Of a stretch of 62,018 nucleotides of DNA, positions 19,419 to 29,401 are shown in pieces; position 1 is the stretch's first letter, and every line of letters starts with the position of its first letter. The notes under the pieces are model-generated. The model ran no database searches. It had not been told where the DNA came from and worked only from the letters and a program-made list of their open reading frames with translations. Source of the stretch: Ignavibacteria bacterium. GTDB taxonomy: Bacteria; Bacteroidota; Ignavibacteria; Kapaibacteriales; UBA2268. The translations under genes were made by a program, and so were the position numbers. The DNA is taken from NCBI GenBank assembly GCA_026415495.1, contig JAOAGZ010000003.1, positions 1-62,018 of the forward strand, in the 5' to 3' direction.

Positions 19419-20714
19419 CTAATAGAAAATATGTAATTGAAAAGCGAATTGAGAATTATACTTATCAACGTGGTCACGGTCAAAAATTTTGTATTCAGGA
19501 ATCAACGCTATGTAAGGTAAAAGGAATATTTTAGCTCCTAATGTATATCTATTAGCGTGATATTTTGGATTGCCTGAAGTTTTCATTTCTGTATTGCCAC
19601 GTTCAAAACGAAGATAAGCATAAGCAGGTTCAATTACCTGATAATTAAATTCAACAGTAAAATTATTAGTTATTCTTCGCTGCGACAATTCTGTTCTCAT
19701 ATATTCTGTCATTACTGCAAATTTCCCGAGAACACCAAAATGAAAGAAAATACTCGAAGTTGTTAGATAATGATTCCCAAAATATAATCCATCGTCCATT
19801 TTAAGCGTGCTATTGAAGAAATGGGTAGCACCAAGAAAAGAAGTCAGTCCAGTTCCAAAGTCAGGTGGATGCAAAGTAACTTTTGCGAGTCCTGATAACG
19901 TATTGTCTTTTACAAAGCCATTAGTCATTTCTGACAAATTTTTTGAATCGAATACACCTAACGACACATCTGCCCATTCAAAAGGCTCATAATCAAGTAT
20001 AGCTCCTAATTCAAAGTAATCGCAAGGAATTGTTGGAGGCGTCAGAGTTTTTGTAACTACTTGACGAGTCATAACTGTATGATCGTCCCAGTCTGTTCCA
20101 ATTGTTGCTTGCACCATTCCAATACGCAAAGATGGAAGTTTTTCAAATGGATGAAGAATAATACTAGCAGTATATGGAGTCTGACCGGGATAACGTTTTT
20201 TATTCTCAATTTCGTAAGCTAAATTGTAAGAGCCTTCTAAAATAACTCCGTCAATTGGTGTAATTGTTAAATAAGGGGTCAATATCATCAACATATTATC
20301 TCTTTTGGTTCCATAAGGATCAGGATAGTGAATGGTATCCTTAACATTTGGGTCAAATAAGTTGTCGTAAACCACAATTTTATTTTTTGTAGTAGGCCAC
20401 CGAGCAGATTGATAACGGAAATCAAGTCCGAACATAACATTATCAGTAAAAAGAGTATTGCTTTCCCTTATTGCATCGTACACAGGATTAATTCCAAGAT
20501 CTTCGGGTTTAATTAAGGCGATATCGCTGAACGACATCCAACCGGACATATTGCGTTGCAACCCCATATTAGGTGCAACGTGGCAATTTTGACATTTTGT
20601 GCCGAACGACTGCAATATAGAATATTGCGGTCGGGCATTCGCTACATCAAATATAATAATCAACAATAAAATTGTTATCACTAATCTGTTCATAAACATC
20701 TCTTTAAATTGCAC
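19419..20714 (-). CDS. Cyc2-like fused monohaem cytochrome / outer-membrane beta-barrel
   Basis: 431 aa with signal peptide MNRLVITILLLIIIFDVANA. A single CQNCH lies about 14 residues into the mature protein. The remaining ~370 aa have an alternating amphipathic beta-strand character and end ..FAFQLHIFY, an aromatic terminus typical of OMPs. The true start is probably the ATG at 20691-20693; the track starts at a GTG. Confidence 0.55.
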   Translation of the reverse strand: MQFKEMFMNRLVITILLLIIIFDVANARPQYSILQSFGTKCQNCHVAPNMGLQRNMSGWMSFSDIALIKPEDLGINPVYDAIRESNTLFTDNVMFGLDFRYQSARWPTTKNKIVVYDNLFDPNVKDTIHYPDPYGTKRDNMLMILTPYLTITPIDGVILEGSYNLAYEIENKKRYPGQTPYTASIILHPFEKLPSLRIGMVQATIGTDWDDHTVMTRQVVTKTLTPPTIPCDYFELGAILDYEPFEWADVSLGVFDSKNLSEMTNGFVKDNTLSGLAKVTLHPPDFGTGLTSFLGATHFFNSTLKMDDGLYFGNHYLTTSSIFFHFGVLGKFAVMTEYMRTELSQRRITNNFTVEFNYQVIEPAYAYLRFERGNTEMKTSGNPKYHANRYTLGAKIFLLPYIALIPEYKIFDRDHVDKYNSQFAFQLHIFY

Positions 20715-20779
20715 AAAATGTAGAATGAAAAATAATTTAAAATATAACCAAGATTAAAATAAGAACTTATAAAACTAAA

Positions 20780-20801
20780 GGCTGCAAAATACTTTGCAGC
20801 C
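20780..20801 (-). terminator. Hairpin terminator after the hexahaem lipoprotein gene
   Basis: GGCTGCAAA-(4 nt)-TTTGCAGCC is a perfect 9-bp stem followed on the minus strand by TTTAGTTTT. Confidence 0.55.
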
Positions 20802-20819
20802 CCGAAATATAATGAGACA

Positions 20820-21917
20820 CTATTTCTTCAAATAATCTAAACCGTTTTTCAAAATTGCAAGTGTCAATGCAGGATTATGTGCACCATTTGAGCGATCTTT
20901 TGCAATATACAAATAATTCAATAACACATCACCATCGGAACGAGGAATAACTCTTCTTTGTCCAGCAGCTTCGAGTTTTGCATATTCAGCAAGAACATTA
21001 TAGTCTGCATCACCAGGGTTACCAGCAGTAGCGATCAATAATCCTTTGTCAATAAGTAATTGACGGTATTCAGCAAGTAAAGTTTTAATTTCATTAGTTT
21101 TAGTTGTAGGAATACCTGATGGATGGCAGCTCTTGCAAGATTCAATAGTACTCATTTGAGCAACAGTCATCTTGAATGAGTGTCCACCAGCAGTAGGTGC
21201 AGTTGGATTGCTACCCATATGGCAGCTAACGCATCCTTTTGCAAGAACACTGTGAGGATTGCTTGTTGGATATGTTTCTGGACCATCAATCAAATTCAAG
21301 CCTTTGCCAGCAAATACATTTGCTACTGTACCATAGTGAGGACCAAATCTCGAATACATAGCAGTTGAGCTTGCAGCTGTTAATGTATCGAAGTCAGGAC
21401 TATTTCTCGTATAAGAACGAGCTTGATGGCAAGTAGCGCAGAGATTACCTGTTTTGAAATCAACATTTCCATCAGCAGCTGAACCTTTGTAAATCAGAGT
21501 AAATGGTTCTGTAACTCTCAAAGTATAGTCAGTTGAGTCAAGATTTTTGTGAATACTATGACAAGTTTTGCAGTCAATAGAAGTGATTCCAGTCTGCCCC
21601 CAAGTTTTTGAGGCGGTCATTTTACGAAAGCCATCTCCATTGTGGCAATCACCACAACCAGCACGACCTGCAGTGTAAGTGTAAGTTTCGCCTGTTTTAT
21701 GTAGCGAATAGTTGAATTGAGCAAATGCAAGATTTGTTGCAGTGGCATTATCAGAATGGCAAACTGCACAAGCAACGCTTGCATCTTTACCATCTTTGCC
21801 GTCTTTGCCATCCTTGCCAGCTGGACCTTGTGGACCTGCGGGTCCTTCTGGACCTTCGCAAGCAGTCATAAATAATACAAATGCTACTACTGAAAGAATA
21901 GAAAATAATTTTTTCAT
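20820..21917 (-). CDS. Hexahaem c-type cytochrome lipoprotein with collagen-like (GXY)8 N-terminal tether
   Basis: 365 aa with the lipobox LFMTAC followed directly by EGPEGPAGPQGPAGKDGKDGKDGKD. It has six CXXCH motifs: CAVCH, CGDCH, CKTCH, CATCH, CVSCH and CKSCH. Confidence 0.85.
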   Translation of the reverse strand: MKKLFSILSVVAFVLFMTACEGPEGPAGPQGPAGKDGKDGKDGKDASVACAVCHSDNATATNLAFAQFNYSLHKTGETYTYTAGRAGCGDCHNGDGFRKMTASKTWGQTGITSIDCKTCHSIHKNLDSTDYTLRVTEPFTLIYKGSAADGNVDFKTGNLCATCHQARSYTRNSPDFDTLTAASSTAMYSRFGPHYGTVANVFAGKGLNLIDGPETYPTSNPHSVLAKGCVSCHMGSNPTAPTAGGHSFKMTVAQMSTIESCKSCHPSGIPTTKTNEIKTLLAEYRQLLIDKGLLIATAGNPGDADYNVLAEYAKLEAAGQRRVIPRSDGDVLLNYLYIAKDRSNGAHNPALTLAILKNGLDYLKK

Positions 21918-22249
21918 AATAACTCCATAATAGTGAATGGAAAATAACTTCTTGTTTCAAATATAAATATTTTTAATTTATTAAACAAAATAAATATTAA
22001 AAAAAAATTAATCAATTATTCAATCGCTACTACTAAACATTATACATATCGATATGTTTTTTAGACTACTTAATATGATACATATTTTAACAATTAAATT
22101 AATTAGAAATTAATTATTTTTCATCGATTTTAATTTAATCTAAAAGGAAATAAGTATATTTTATTTAATCTTTGGATATGAAACAATTTTTTCTAATTCT
22201 CGTAAAGATATTTAATGAATCGTTATTTTATAATAAAAAGGAAATACAT

Positions 22250-23227
22250 ATGAGAGGAAAACTACTATTACTTACCGTATTATCAATGTGCATTTACACA
22301 AATGGCTTTGCTTTTCAAACAGAGAATTTGCCGAGTAATGACACAACAAATGTTTTGGAAGAGAACGACTTTTTTGAGGATGATAATGGAAAAAATCCAA
22401 TCATAGACATCTTCACTTCTGCATTAAGATTTAAACAATATAAACCATCGAAAAAACTAAGATTAAATTTCTACAATAATTCTCCAACGATAAATGTAGG
22501 TTATGGAATAAGCAATCATTTTTATGAAAGAAATTCATTTACATCGAAAATTAATAATAATGGAATAATTGACATCAAACTTGGTTCAACTGATTTACAC
22601 AGAGTTACTTCAAATGTAGTTGAATATGATAATGATTATTTATCATTTAGTTCTGCTGAAAACAAATTAAATTACAAGGAAAACGATAATAGTAATAATT
22701 ATATGGACTTACGACATATTAAGCTTGGTTTGAATAATGCTGACGGTTATGGTTGGAATTTTGGAGGAAATTCACATTTAGTGCTATACCATAGTTCGGG
22801 AATTAATTGGAATAGTTTATCATTTGATAACAATATTGCTGACAGTGTTTCAATTAATTCAACTAAAATTTTTGGCAAACAATTAAGATATGGTCGCGGT
22901 TTTGCTGGTGGGATAAAGTTATTTATCATTAACGGTGTTGCAATTTCTGCTGAATATGAACAAACTATGACTTTTCCACGTCATTTGTTCTGGAAAGATT
23001 TCGGATCGTTTATTATTGAAACAATAGCTCAGGAATTATCCAACAACTTCGTAGATGAAGTACTTGATAGTTCCCCAAGTTTTGCACCAGTCATACATTT
23101 TTTGCTCAAAAATGGTATCTCTTATGGATTTTATGAACTTTACAAAGACAAGATGAATTGGCCATTCAAAACAGTTCCACCACTAATGAACAAAACTTAC
23201 AAAATTGGAATAGATTTTATTTTATAA
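22250..23227 (+). CDS. Hypothetical secreted protein
   Basis: I moved the start to the ATG at 22250, which is preceded by AAGGAAA and gives the signal peptide MRGKLLLLTVLSMCIYTNGFA. I recognise no family. Confidence 0.5.
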   Translation: MRGKLLLLTVLSMCIYTNGFAFQTENLPSNDTTNVLEENDFFEDDNGKNPIIDIFTSALRFKQYKPSKKLRLNFYNNSPTINVGYGISNHFYERNSFTSKINNNGIIDIKLGSTDLHRVTSNVVEYDNDYLSFSSAENKLNYKENDNSNNYMDLRHIKLGLNNADGYGWNFGGNSHLVLYHSSGINWNSLSFDNNIADSVSINSTKIFGKQLRYGRGFAGGIKLFIINGVAISAEYEQTMTFPRHLFWKDFGSFIIETIAQELSNNFVDEVLDSSPSFAPVIHFLLKNGISYGFYELYKDKMNWPFKTVPPLMNKTYKIGIDFIL

Positions 23228-23250
23228 GTATATTATTCATTTACTTAAAA

Positions 23251-23285
23251 AACGAGGATTTGCTGACTCAAAGCAAATCCTCGTT
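23251..23285. terminator. Bidirectional hairpin terminator between convergent genes
   Basis: AACGAGGATTTGCT-(7 nt)-AGCAAATCCTCGTT is a perfect 14-bp stem flanked by an A-run upstream and T-rich sequence downstream. Confidence 0.65.
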
Positions 23286-23309
23286 TAATAAAAAATCTTT
23301 TTATTTTTA

Positions 23310-24563
23310 TTATGCAATTTTTGATTTCTTAGATATTATTTCAGCAAAAGATTTTTTTAAAACTACTTCCTCATTGATCACTACTTTTTTAATGTTCTTT
23401 TGGTTCGGAATTTCAAACATAATTGGTAACATAATTTCTTCAATAATTCCTCGCAAAGCGCGTGCACCGGTTTTTCTTTCACGAGCAAGTTTCACGATAC
23501 TTTTTAAAGCATCATCTGTAAATTCAAGTTCAACATTATCCATAGCCAGAAGCTTTTTATATTGTTTTATTATTGCATTTTTAGGTTCCGTTAAAATATT
23601 CATCATTGCTTCATCTGACAACTCTTCAAGCGGAGCAATTATTGGTAGCCTACCTGTCAGCTCCGGAATAAAGCCAAATTTTACCAAGTCTTCTGGCTCA
23701 GTATGTTTTATCAAGTCTAATTTTTCTTCGACTTTTTCAGTTGCTTCTGCGAGAAAACCGAGTGTTTGCTTTTGCATTCTACGAGCAATAATTTTTTCAA
23801 TTCCTTCAAAAGCACCACCACATATGAATAAGATATTTCGAGTATCAAGATAAATCAGCGATTGTTCAGGGTGCTTGCGACCACCTTTGGGTGGAATACC
23901 TGCGCGGGTGCCTTCGAGAATTTTCAGTAAAGCTTGTTGCACCCCTTCCCCACTCACATCACGCGTAATACTTGTAGATTCACTTTTTCGAGCAATTTTA
24001 TCAATTTCATCAATATAGATAATACCTCTTTCTGCTGCTTTTATATTATAATCAGCGTTTTGAACTAAATTTAGTAGAACAGTTTCAACATCATCTCCAA
24101 CATATCCGGCTTCAGTAATTGTAGTAGCATCTGCCATTGCAAATGGAACATTAAGTATCTTAGCTAATGTTCGAGCAAGTAATGTTTTACCTGTTCCTGT
24201 TGGACCAATCAGAAGAATATTGCTTTTTTCAAGCTCTACTTCAGTATCAAATTCATCTAAATTAATTTTAAGTCTTTTGTAATGATTATATACAGCAACA
24301 GAAAGTACACGTTTAGCATACTCTTGCCCAATAACATATTCGTCGAGTTTTGATTTAATTTCAGAGGGTTTAGGTAGTTCTTGTTCATTTGTTGAATAAA
24401 AATCTATTTCGTTTTTACGAACAATTTGCATAGATGTTCGGACGCACTCATCACAAATAAATACACCATCCTGCCCTTCGATAATAGTTTTGACTAAATA
24501 TGCAGGTGTCCCACAAAAGGAACAATGAATTTTATTTTTTTGCTTGTTATTGGACATTTTCAC
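23310..24563 (-). CDS. clpX: ATP-dependent Clp protease ATP-binding subunit ClpX
   Basis: 417 aa with the N-terminal zinc-binding motif CSFCG..CDEC, Walker A GPTGTGKT, Walker [10 protein letters not shown] and the GYVG pore loop. Confidence 0.95.
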   Translation of the reverse strand: MKMSNNKQKNKIHCSFCGTPAYLVKTIIEGQDGVFICDECVRTSMQIVRKNEIDFYSTNEQELPKPSEIKSKLDEYVIGQEYAKRVLSVAVYNHYKRLKINLDEFDTEVELEKSNILLIGPTGTGKTLLARTLAKILNVPFAMADATTITEAGYVGDDVETVLLNLVQNADYNIKAAERGIIYIDEIDKIARKSESTSITRDVSGEGVQQALLKILEGTRAGIPPKGGRKHPEQSLIYLDTRNILFICGGAFEGIEKIIARRMQKQTLGFLAEATEKVEEKLDLIKHTEPEDLVKFGFIPELTGRLPIIAPLEELSDEAMMNILTEPKNAIIKQYKKLLAMDNVELEFTDDALKSIVKLARERKTGARALRGIIEEIMLPIMFEIPNQKNIKKVVINEEVVLKKSFAEIISKKSKIA

Positions 24564-24632
24564 TCATTATTTAGTAAATAAATAAAATGCAAAATTAATA
24601 AAATATAAAGTTTTATCATAACATTATTAATA

Positions 24633-25037
24633 TCAATCAGGTACTACAATAACCTGTATACTATTTTTTTGAGTTCGAATTTTTATCCACTTCTCTATAT
24701 TATGAAGCTCGCTTTTAGTCTTTCTTTCATTGTCAGTTCTAATAATAAATAAATTATGCTTAAATTTTGAGCCATCAATGTTGAAAAAATAATTTTGAGA
24801 AAACGAGATTGTTTTAATTTCTGGGAATAAAACATTCATTTCTTTAATAATATTAGAACCAATTTCATTAATCTTAATAAGAGAGTCTATATTTTTTTCT
24901 TTTTCTGAAAGCAAAGCTTTAAGTTTATTAATTTCAACTTGATATTTATTCATTTCATTAATACTTGAACTGGTTTCATCGAAAGAAAAACCTTGTTTTA
25001 TCTCAATTTTGGCTTTTTCAAGTTCGAAATTTTTCAA
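24633..25037 (-). CDS. Hypothetical protein (coiled-coil rich)
   Basis: 134 aa with a TTG start in the track. The frame is open for another ~26 codons upstream without a start codon. No family recognised. Confidence 0.35.
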   Translation of the reverse strand: MKNFELEKAKIEIKQGFSFDETSSSINEMNKYQVEINKLKALLSEKEKNIDSLIKINEIGSNIIKEMNVLFPEIKTISFSQNYFFNIDGSKFKHNLFIIRTDNERKTKSELHNIEKWIKIRTQKNSIQVIVVPD

Positions 25038-25172
25038 ATTATTAAGAATAATTTTTTTCTTTTCGCCAGTAACAGAACTACCTACATAAGTAAGTACAAT
25101 TGTTTTTTTGAAGCATCAACATTGCTTCGAAGCAAGTAACTACCATCTAATATGCTTATGCTACTAATAAAT

Positions 25173-26471
25173 CTAGAAGCATTTGTTTTTTATCATATTG
25201 AAAACATCCGGAATAAATCTCAAAATATCTTTGAAACTGATATTTATATGTTTTTTTGTCTCTAAGAATAGCAATAAGGATAGAATGAAAAAATATAACA
25301 TATGAGGAACAGGTATTAACAATGGCTGATTTATAATCCCAATTACAATAAAACTAAGAAGCCAAAACACTAGTGAAATAGACATAATTTTCATTGTTTT
25401 AGTGGGCTGATTGAAAGCAATCAAAACAGACCCAAGTATTGTAAAAGGCAAACCAATCGCTACAAATGAAAGCAAATTAAAAAAAGGAATAGCTAAGTAA
25501 TATTTTTCCGGCAAAAACCATTTAATAAATAAATCAGTCAGACCTAAATTCAACAAAATAATCGTAAACATATTAAAAAATAAGATATACGACAAAGCTT
25601 TTGTTGCCATATCAAATAAAGAATTAAAGTCGTTTTTAGCAATTTGACGGACAGCTGCAGGATAAATCAGTCCATTTGCTGCATTTACAATTTCCTCAAA
25701 TGCTCTGAATAAATTTTTAGCAAGAAAATATATTCCTACAATTTTAGTTTGGAAAAAATATTGAATAAGATAAACATCTAATTGACGTGGTGCAAGATGA
25801 ATAGCACTGGTTAGAGTATATGGAACTGAAAAGTTAATTATTTCTTTTAGCCGAGTTTGTCCTTTGAGTCTGAAAGTTAATTCATTTTTAATATAAGATA
25901 AAGCTACCAAAGAACTAATGAGAGTTCCAATTAAATAGATATAAACAAGTTCATTGAAAGTAAGGAATCTCTTATAAAAAACGACAGATAAAGTAGCAAA
26001 GGTCATTACTCCGAAATACATAGCATTTGTAAAAAAAAGACGCCGCATATTCGTATCACGATAGAATATTTTTATTGCATACGTCCGTGGAATATTAAAA
26101 AATGTTAATATTATTAAAAATTCAAATACTTCAATTAACCTGGGTTCATTAAAAAATACACTTAATGGATTTCCAAAAAGAAGCATTAATAATGATGCAC
26201 CTAACGTAATTGTAATATGAAAAGAACCAACAACAAAATTAATAAATCCTCTGTCGTGTTTTCTCTGACCAAATTGTATCAAATTTTGCAGAGCAAATGA
26301 ATCGCTAATAATAAAAATCCAGTTGAAAATTGTAATTAATAATGCAAACAGCCCCATTTCTTCGGGCTTCATTGCGTTGAACTGAACAATTGTAACAATT
26401 CCGTAAATAACGAACAAAAATTTATCAGCAACAGACCAACTGACTGTATCGATGTGTTCTTTTAGTCTCAT
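25173..26471 (-). CDS. Polysaccharide/oligosaccharide flippase-like membrane protein (MOP/Wzx-like)
   Basis: 432 aa, highly hydrophobic with about 12 helices. It overlaps the rarA stop by 4 nt. The family assignment rests on architecture only. Confidence 0.6.
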   Translation of the reverse strand: MRLKEHIDTVSWSVADKFLFVIYGIVTIVQFNAMKPEEMGLFALLITIFNWIFIISDSFALQNLIQFGQRKHDRGFINFVVGSFHITITLGASLLMLLFGNPLSVFFNEPRLIEVFEFLIILTFFNIPRTYAIKIFYRDTNMRRLFFTNAMYFGVMTFATLSVVFYKRFLTFNELVYIYLIGTLISSLVALSYIKNELTFRLKGQTRLKEIINFSVPYTLTSAIHLAPRQLDVYLIQYFFQTKIVGIYFLAKNLFRAFEEIVNAANGLIYPAAVRQIAKNDFNSLFDMATKALSYILFFNMFTIILLNLGLTDLFIKWFLPEKYYLAIPFFNLLSFVAIGLPFTILGSVLIAFNQPTKTMKIMSISLVFWLLSFIVIGIINQPLLIPVPHMLYFFILSLLLFLETKKHINISFKDILRFIPDVFNMIKNKCF

Positions 26472-27781
26472 TTGTTATAACGTTTTTTCCACAATTTTTC
26501 GAGTCGTTCTTTGATTAATTTTTCTCTTCCCTGTTCAGTAGGATAATAAAATACTTGAAATGCATCTGTGTCGGGGAAATAATTTTCTTCGACAAAATGA
26601 TTTTCGAAATCGTGAGGATATTTATAATTAAGAGAATAGCCTTCTTGTTTCATCAATTTTGTAGGTGCATTTCGCAGATGAAGCGGAACAGATGTATTTA
26701 CTCCACTTTTTATTGATTGGAGCGCTTTATTGATAGCAATATAAGAAGCATTAGATTTTGGAGCCGATGCCAGATAAGTAGCCCCCTGAGCCAAGTTTAT
26801 CCTACACTCAGGTAATCCAATAAGATTGACAGCCTCGAAGACGCTTATTGCAAGAGTAAGTGCAAATGGGTCAGCGTTGCCTATATCCTCGCTGGCAAAT
26901 ACAACCATTCTTCGTGCGATAAACTTTGGATCTTCGCCTGCATCAAGCATTTTTGCCAACCAAAAAATTGCTGCATCAGGGTCCGAACCTCGCAATGATT
27001 TAATAAACGCAGAAATTGTATCGTAATGATTTTCTCCATTTTTGTCGTACTTAGGTATTTTTTTACTTATTACGAGTTCTATGTTTTGCTTATCAACGAT
27101 AATTGTCTTAGAACTTTTATTAGATTTGACTATTAGTTCTAATATATTGAGTAGATTTCGTGCGTCACCTCCTGCAACTTTCAAAAGAAGTTTTTTATCA
27201 GCAAATTTAAAATCATACTGTTTCAATATTTCGTCTTCATATATGGCTCTGTCTAATATTTTTTCTAATGCATCATCATCAAGTTCTTTCAGATGGTAAA
27301 CATTGCAACGACTAAGCAAAGCTGAATTTACTTCAAAAGAAGGATTTTCAGTAGTAGCACCAATTAGAGTAATTAATCCGGTTTCTACTGCGTGAAGAAG
27401 AGCATCCTGTTGATTTTTATCAAATCTATGAATTTCATCAATAAATAATACGGTAGGCTTCCCGTGCTTTTGATTAATTTTAGCCTTTTCTATAACAGCC
27501 CGAATATCTTTCACTCCTGATTCGACAGCAGAAATTCTAATGAAATCAGCTTCATAATATTGGGAAATAAGTCGAGCAAGAGTTGTTTTTCCACTTCCAG
27601 GTGGACCCCAAAAAATCACAGAAGCGATTTCCTTGTTCTCAATCAATTTTCTCAAACTACCAAAATTGCCAATAATATGCTCTTGACCAAAGAATTGCTC
27701 GATGGATTTGGGACGCAAACGCTCAGCTAATGGTGGCGGTGATTTTTTCTGATCGTTCTGTTGTTCGAACAGTTCGTTCAT
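26468..27781 (-). CDS. rarA: Replication-associated recombination protein A (AAA ATPase)
   Basis: 437 aa with LAERLRP, Walker A GPPGSGKTT, Walker B FIDEIHRF, and the C-terminal MgsA motifs HYDTISAFIKSLRGSDPDAA and HLRNAPT. Confidence 0.9.
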   Translation of the reverse strand: MNELFEQQNDQKKSPPPLAERLRPKSIEQFFGQEHIIGNFGSLRKLIENKEIASVIFWGPPGSGKTTLARLISQYYEADFIRISAVESGVKDIRAVIEKAKINQKHGKPTVLFIDEIHRFDKNQQDALLHAVETGLITLIGATTENPSFEVNSALLSRCNVYHLKELDDDALEKILDRAIYEDEILKQYDFKFADKKLLLKVAGGDARNLLNILELIVKSNKSSKTIIVDKQNIELVISKKIPKYDKNGENHYDTISAFIKSLRGSDPDAAIFWLAKMLDAGEDPKFIARRMVVFASEDIGNADPFALTLAISVFEAVNLIGLPECRINLAQGATYLASAPKSNASYIAINKALQSIKSGVNTSVPLHLRNAPTKLMKQEGYSLNYKYPHDFENHFVEENYFPDTDAFQVFYYPTEQGREKLIKERLEKLWKKRYNK

Positions 27782-27945
27782 ATATTATCATTATAAAAAA
27801 TAATTCAAAAGTAAAATTAACAATTAATATTTAACTTATAAAATAAAACAAAAAATATTTGCAATTATTATTCCTTATTCAATCATTTTTGATTTTCTTT
27901 CTCAAATGCAGTAACTTGCAATTATTTTAATCGCAAAAGATAAAA

Positions 27946-29316
27946 ATGAAAAATAATTATAGCATTAAGTTTTGGCTATTAAACGCTGTTCAAATGATAG
28001 AGCGGCTCGCCTACTGGATAACAATAATACAAATACCTATCTACATTGCTCAAAAAGATGTGCCTGGTGGACTTCATTTTGCTCAAACTACAAAAGGACT
28101 AATTTTTTTCTGGTGGGCATTAGTTCAAAATTTAACTCCTGTTTTTTGGGGTGCAGTATCAGATAAAATTGGACAAAAGCGTTCGCTCTTTATTTCCTCG
28201 ATTGTGATAATAATTGGATATTGTCTATTAGCAACGCAAAGAGAGTTTCTACTGTTTTTATTTGGAACACTTGTATTAGGTTTTGGGCTTGGTTCTTACA
28301 AACCAGCAATACAAGGTTGGATTGCAAAAGAAATAGAAGGAAGAAATACATCATTAGGTTGGGGTATATATATCTTTCTTGTTAATTTGTCAGTATTTGC
28401 TGGACCAATATTATCGATATATCTGAAAAATATTTCCTGGCAAGCAGTTTTCTTTGGTTCAGCTATAATTTTTTCTTTGAACCTTATATTGTTATCTTTC
28501 ATTAAGTATAATTATTCTGAAATAATAAGAAATAAACAAATATTCAAAGAATTGTTTCAAGTTATAATAACTCCTAAAATTATCTTTTTTATTTTAATAA
28601 TGTCGGGCTTTACAATAACATATATGCAATTTTATGAAACATTGCCTAATTATATTTTTGACTGGTCAGATACTTCATCAATTGCCAAATACCTACCTGA
28701 TTTTATGACCTCAGAAACTGTTCGTGGTCGGATGATAGCATATGAATGGATATATAATTTAAATTCAGGGCTTGTTGTGCTGCTGGTGCTCGTAATGGCT
28801 AAGATTACAAATAAAATTAAAATCACTCGTACTTTAACTTTTGGGATATTATTTGCTGGGCTGGGATTATTTGTTGCAGGGTATTCTCAAAGCGGTATCT
28901 TTTTGGTATTTGGAGTTGTATGCTATACACTTGGGGAATTAACTGTTAATCCGAAATTCCCAGAATATATTGCAAACATTGCACCTAAAACAAATAAATC
29001 ATTATACTTAGGTATAATGAATATTTCGTGGGCAATTGGACTTGCAGGAGGAGGACTTATTGGAGGATGGCTGTATAAACATTATGCAGAAAAAGCATAC
29101 TTTGCTAAAATTCTGCTAGAAAATAAAGGAATTAAAGGCATTCAACTACAAGATGCCTTCATAAAAGCACAAGAAGTAACTGGAATGAATGCCGCAGAGC
29201 TTACAAATCATCTATGGCAAATTCACAATCCAAGTGTTATTTGGTACCCTTTTTTAATTCTCAGTATCCTGTCAGTTATTGGAATGAACTATTATTCAAA
29301 CAAGTATGACAGATAA
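27946..29316 (+). CDS. MFS transporter
   Basis: 456 aa with about 12 TM helices and the MFS loop motif GAVSDKIGQKRS between TM2 and TM3. Confidence 0.75.
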   Translation: MKNNYSIKFWLLNAVQMIERLAYWITIIQIPIYIAQKDVPGGLHFAQTTKGLIFFWWALVQNLTPVFWGAVSDKIGQKRSLFISSIVIIIGYCLLATQREFLLFLFGTLVLGFGLGSYKPAIQGWIAKEIEGRNTSLGWGIYIFLVNLSVFAGPILSIYLKNISWQAVFFGSAIIFSLNLILLSFIKYNYSEIIRNKQIFKELFQVIITPKIIFFILIMSGFTITYMQFYETLPNYIFDWSDTSSIAKYLPDFMTSETVRGRMIAYEWIYNLNSGLVVLLVLVMAKITNKIKITRTLTFGILFAGLGLFVAGYSQSGIFLVFGVVCYTLGELTVNPKFPEYIANIAPKTNKSLYLGIMNISWAIGLAGGGLIGGWLYKHYAEKAYFAKILLENKGIKGIQLQDAFIKAQEVTGMNAAELTNHLWQIHNPSVIWYPFLILSILSVIGMNYYSNKYDR

Positions 29317-29401
29317 TAGTGAATTAAATCACTTTGTAAAAAGAAAGTATTTTTATAATTTGTAAATTTACATTTACTGCAAATTATTTGTTTATAAATA
29401 T

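Noticed and set aside
21742-21930. Plus-strand ORF encoding ..PSLPSLPSLPAGPCGPAGPSGPS..
   Set aside because: It is the antisense reading of the collagen-like GXY repeat of the hexahaem lipoprotein gene. The minus-strand frame carries the lipobox and six CXXCH motifs.
25038-25150. Possible frameshift at an A7 tract (T7 on the plus strand, 25103-25109). It would join an upstream ATG (MVVTCFEAMLMLQ) to the 24633-25037 ORF, whose frame is open ~26 codons upstream of its TTG start.
   Set aside because: The extended N-terminus has no recognisable signal or domain, and I cannot identify the protein family. It cannot be distinguished from a simple TTG start without reads or homologues.
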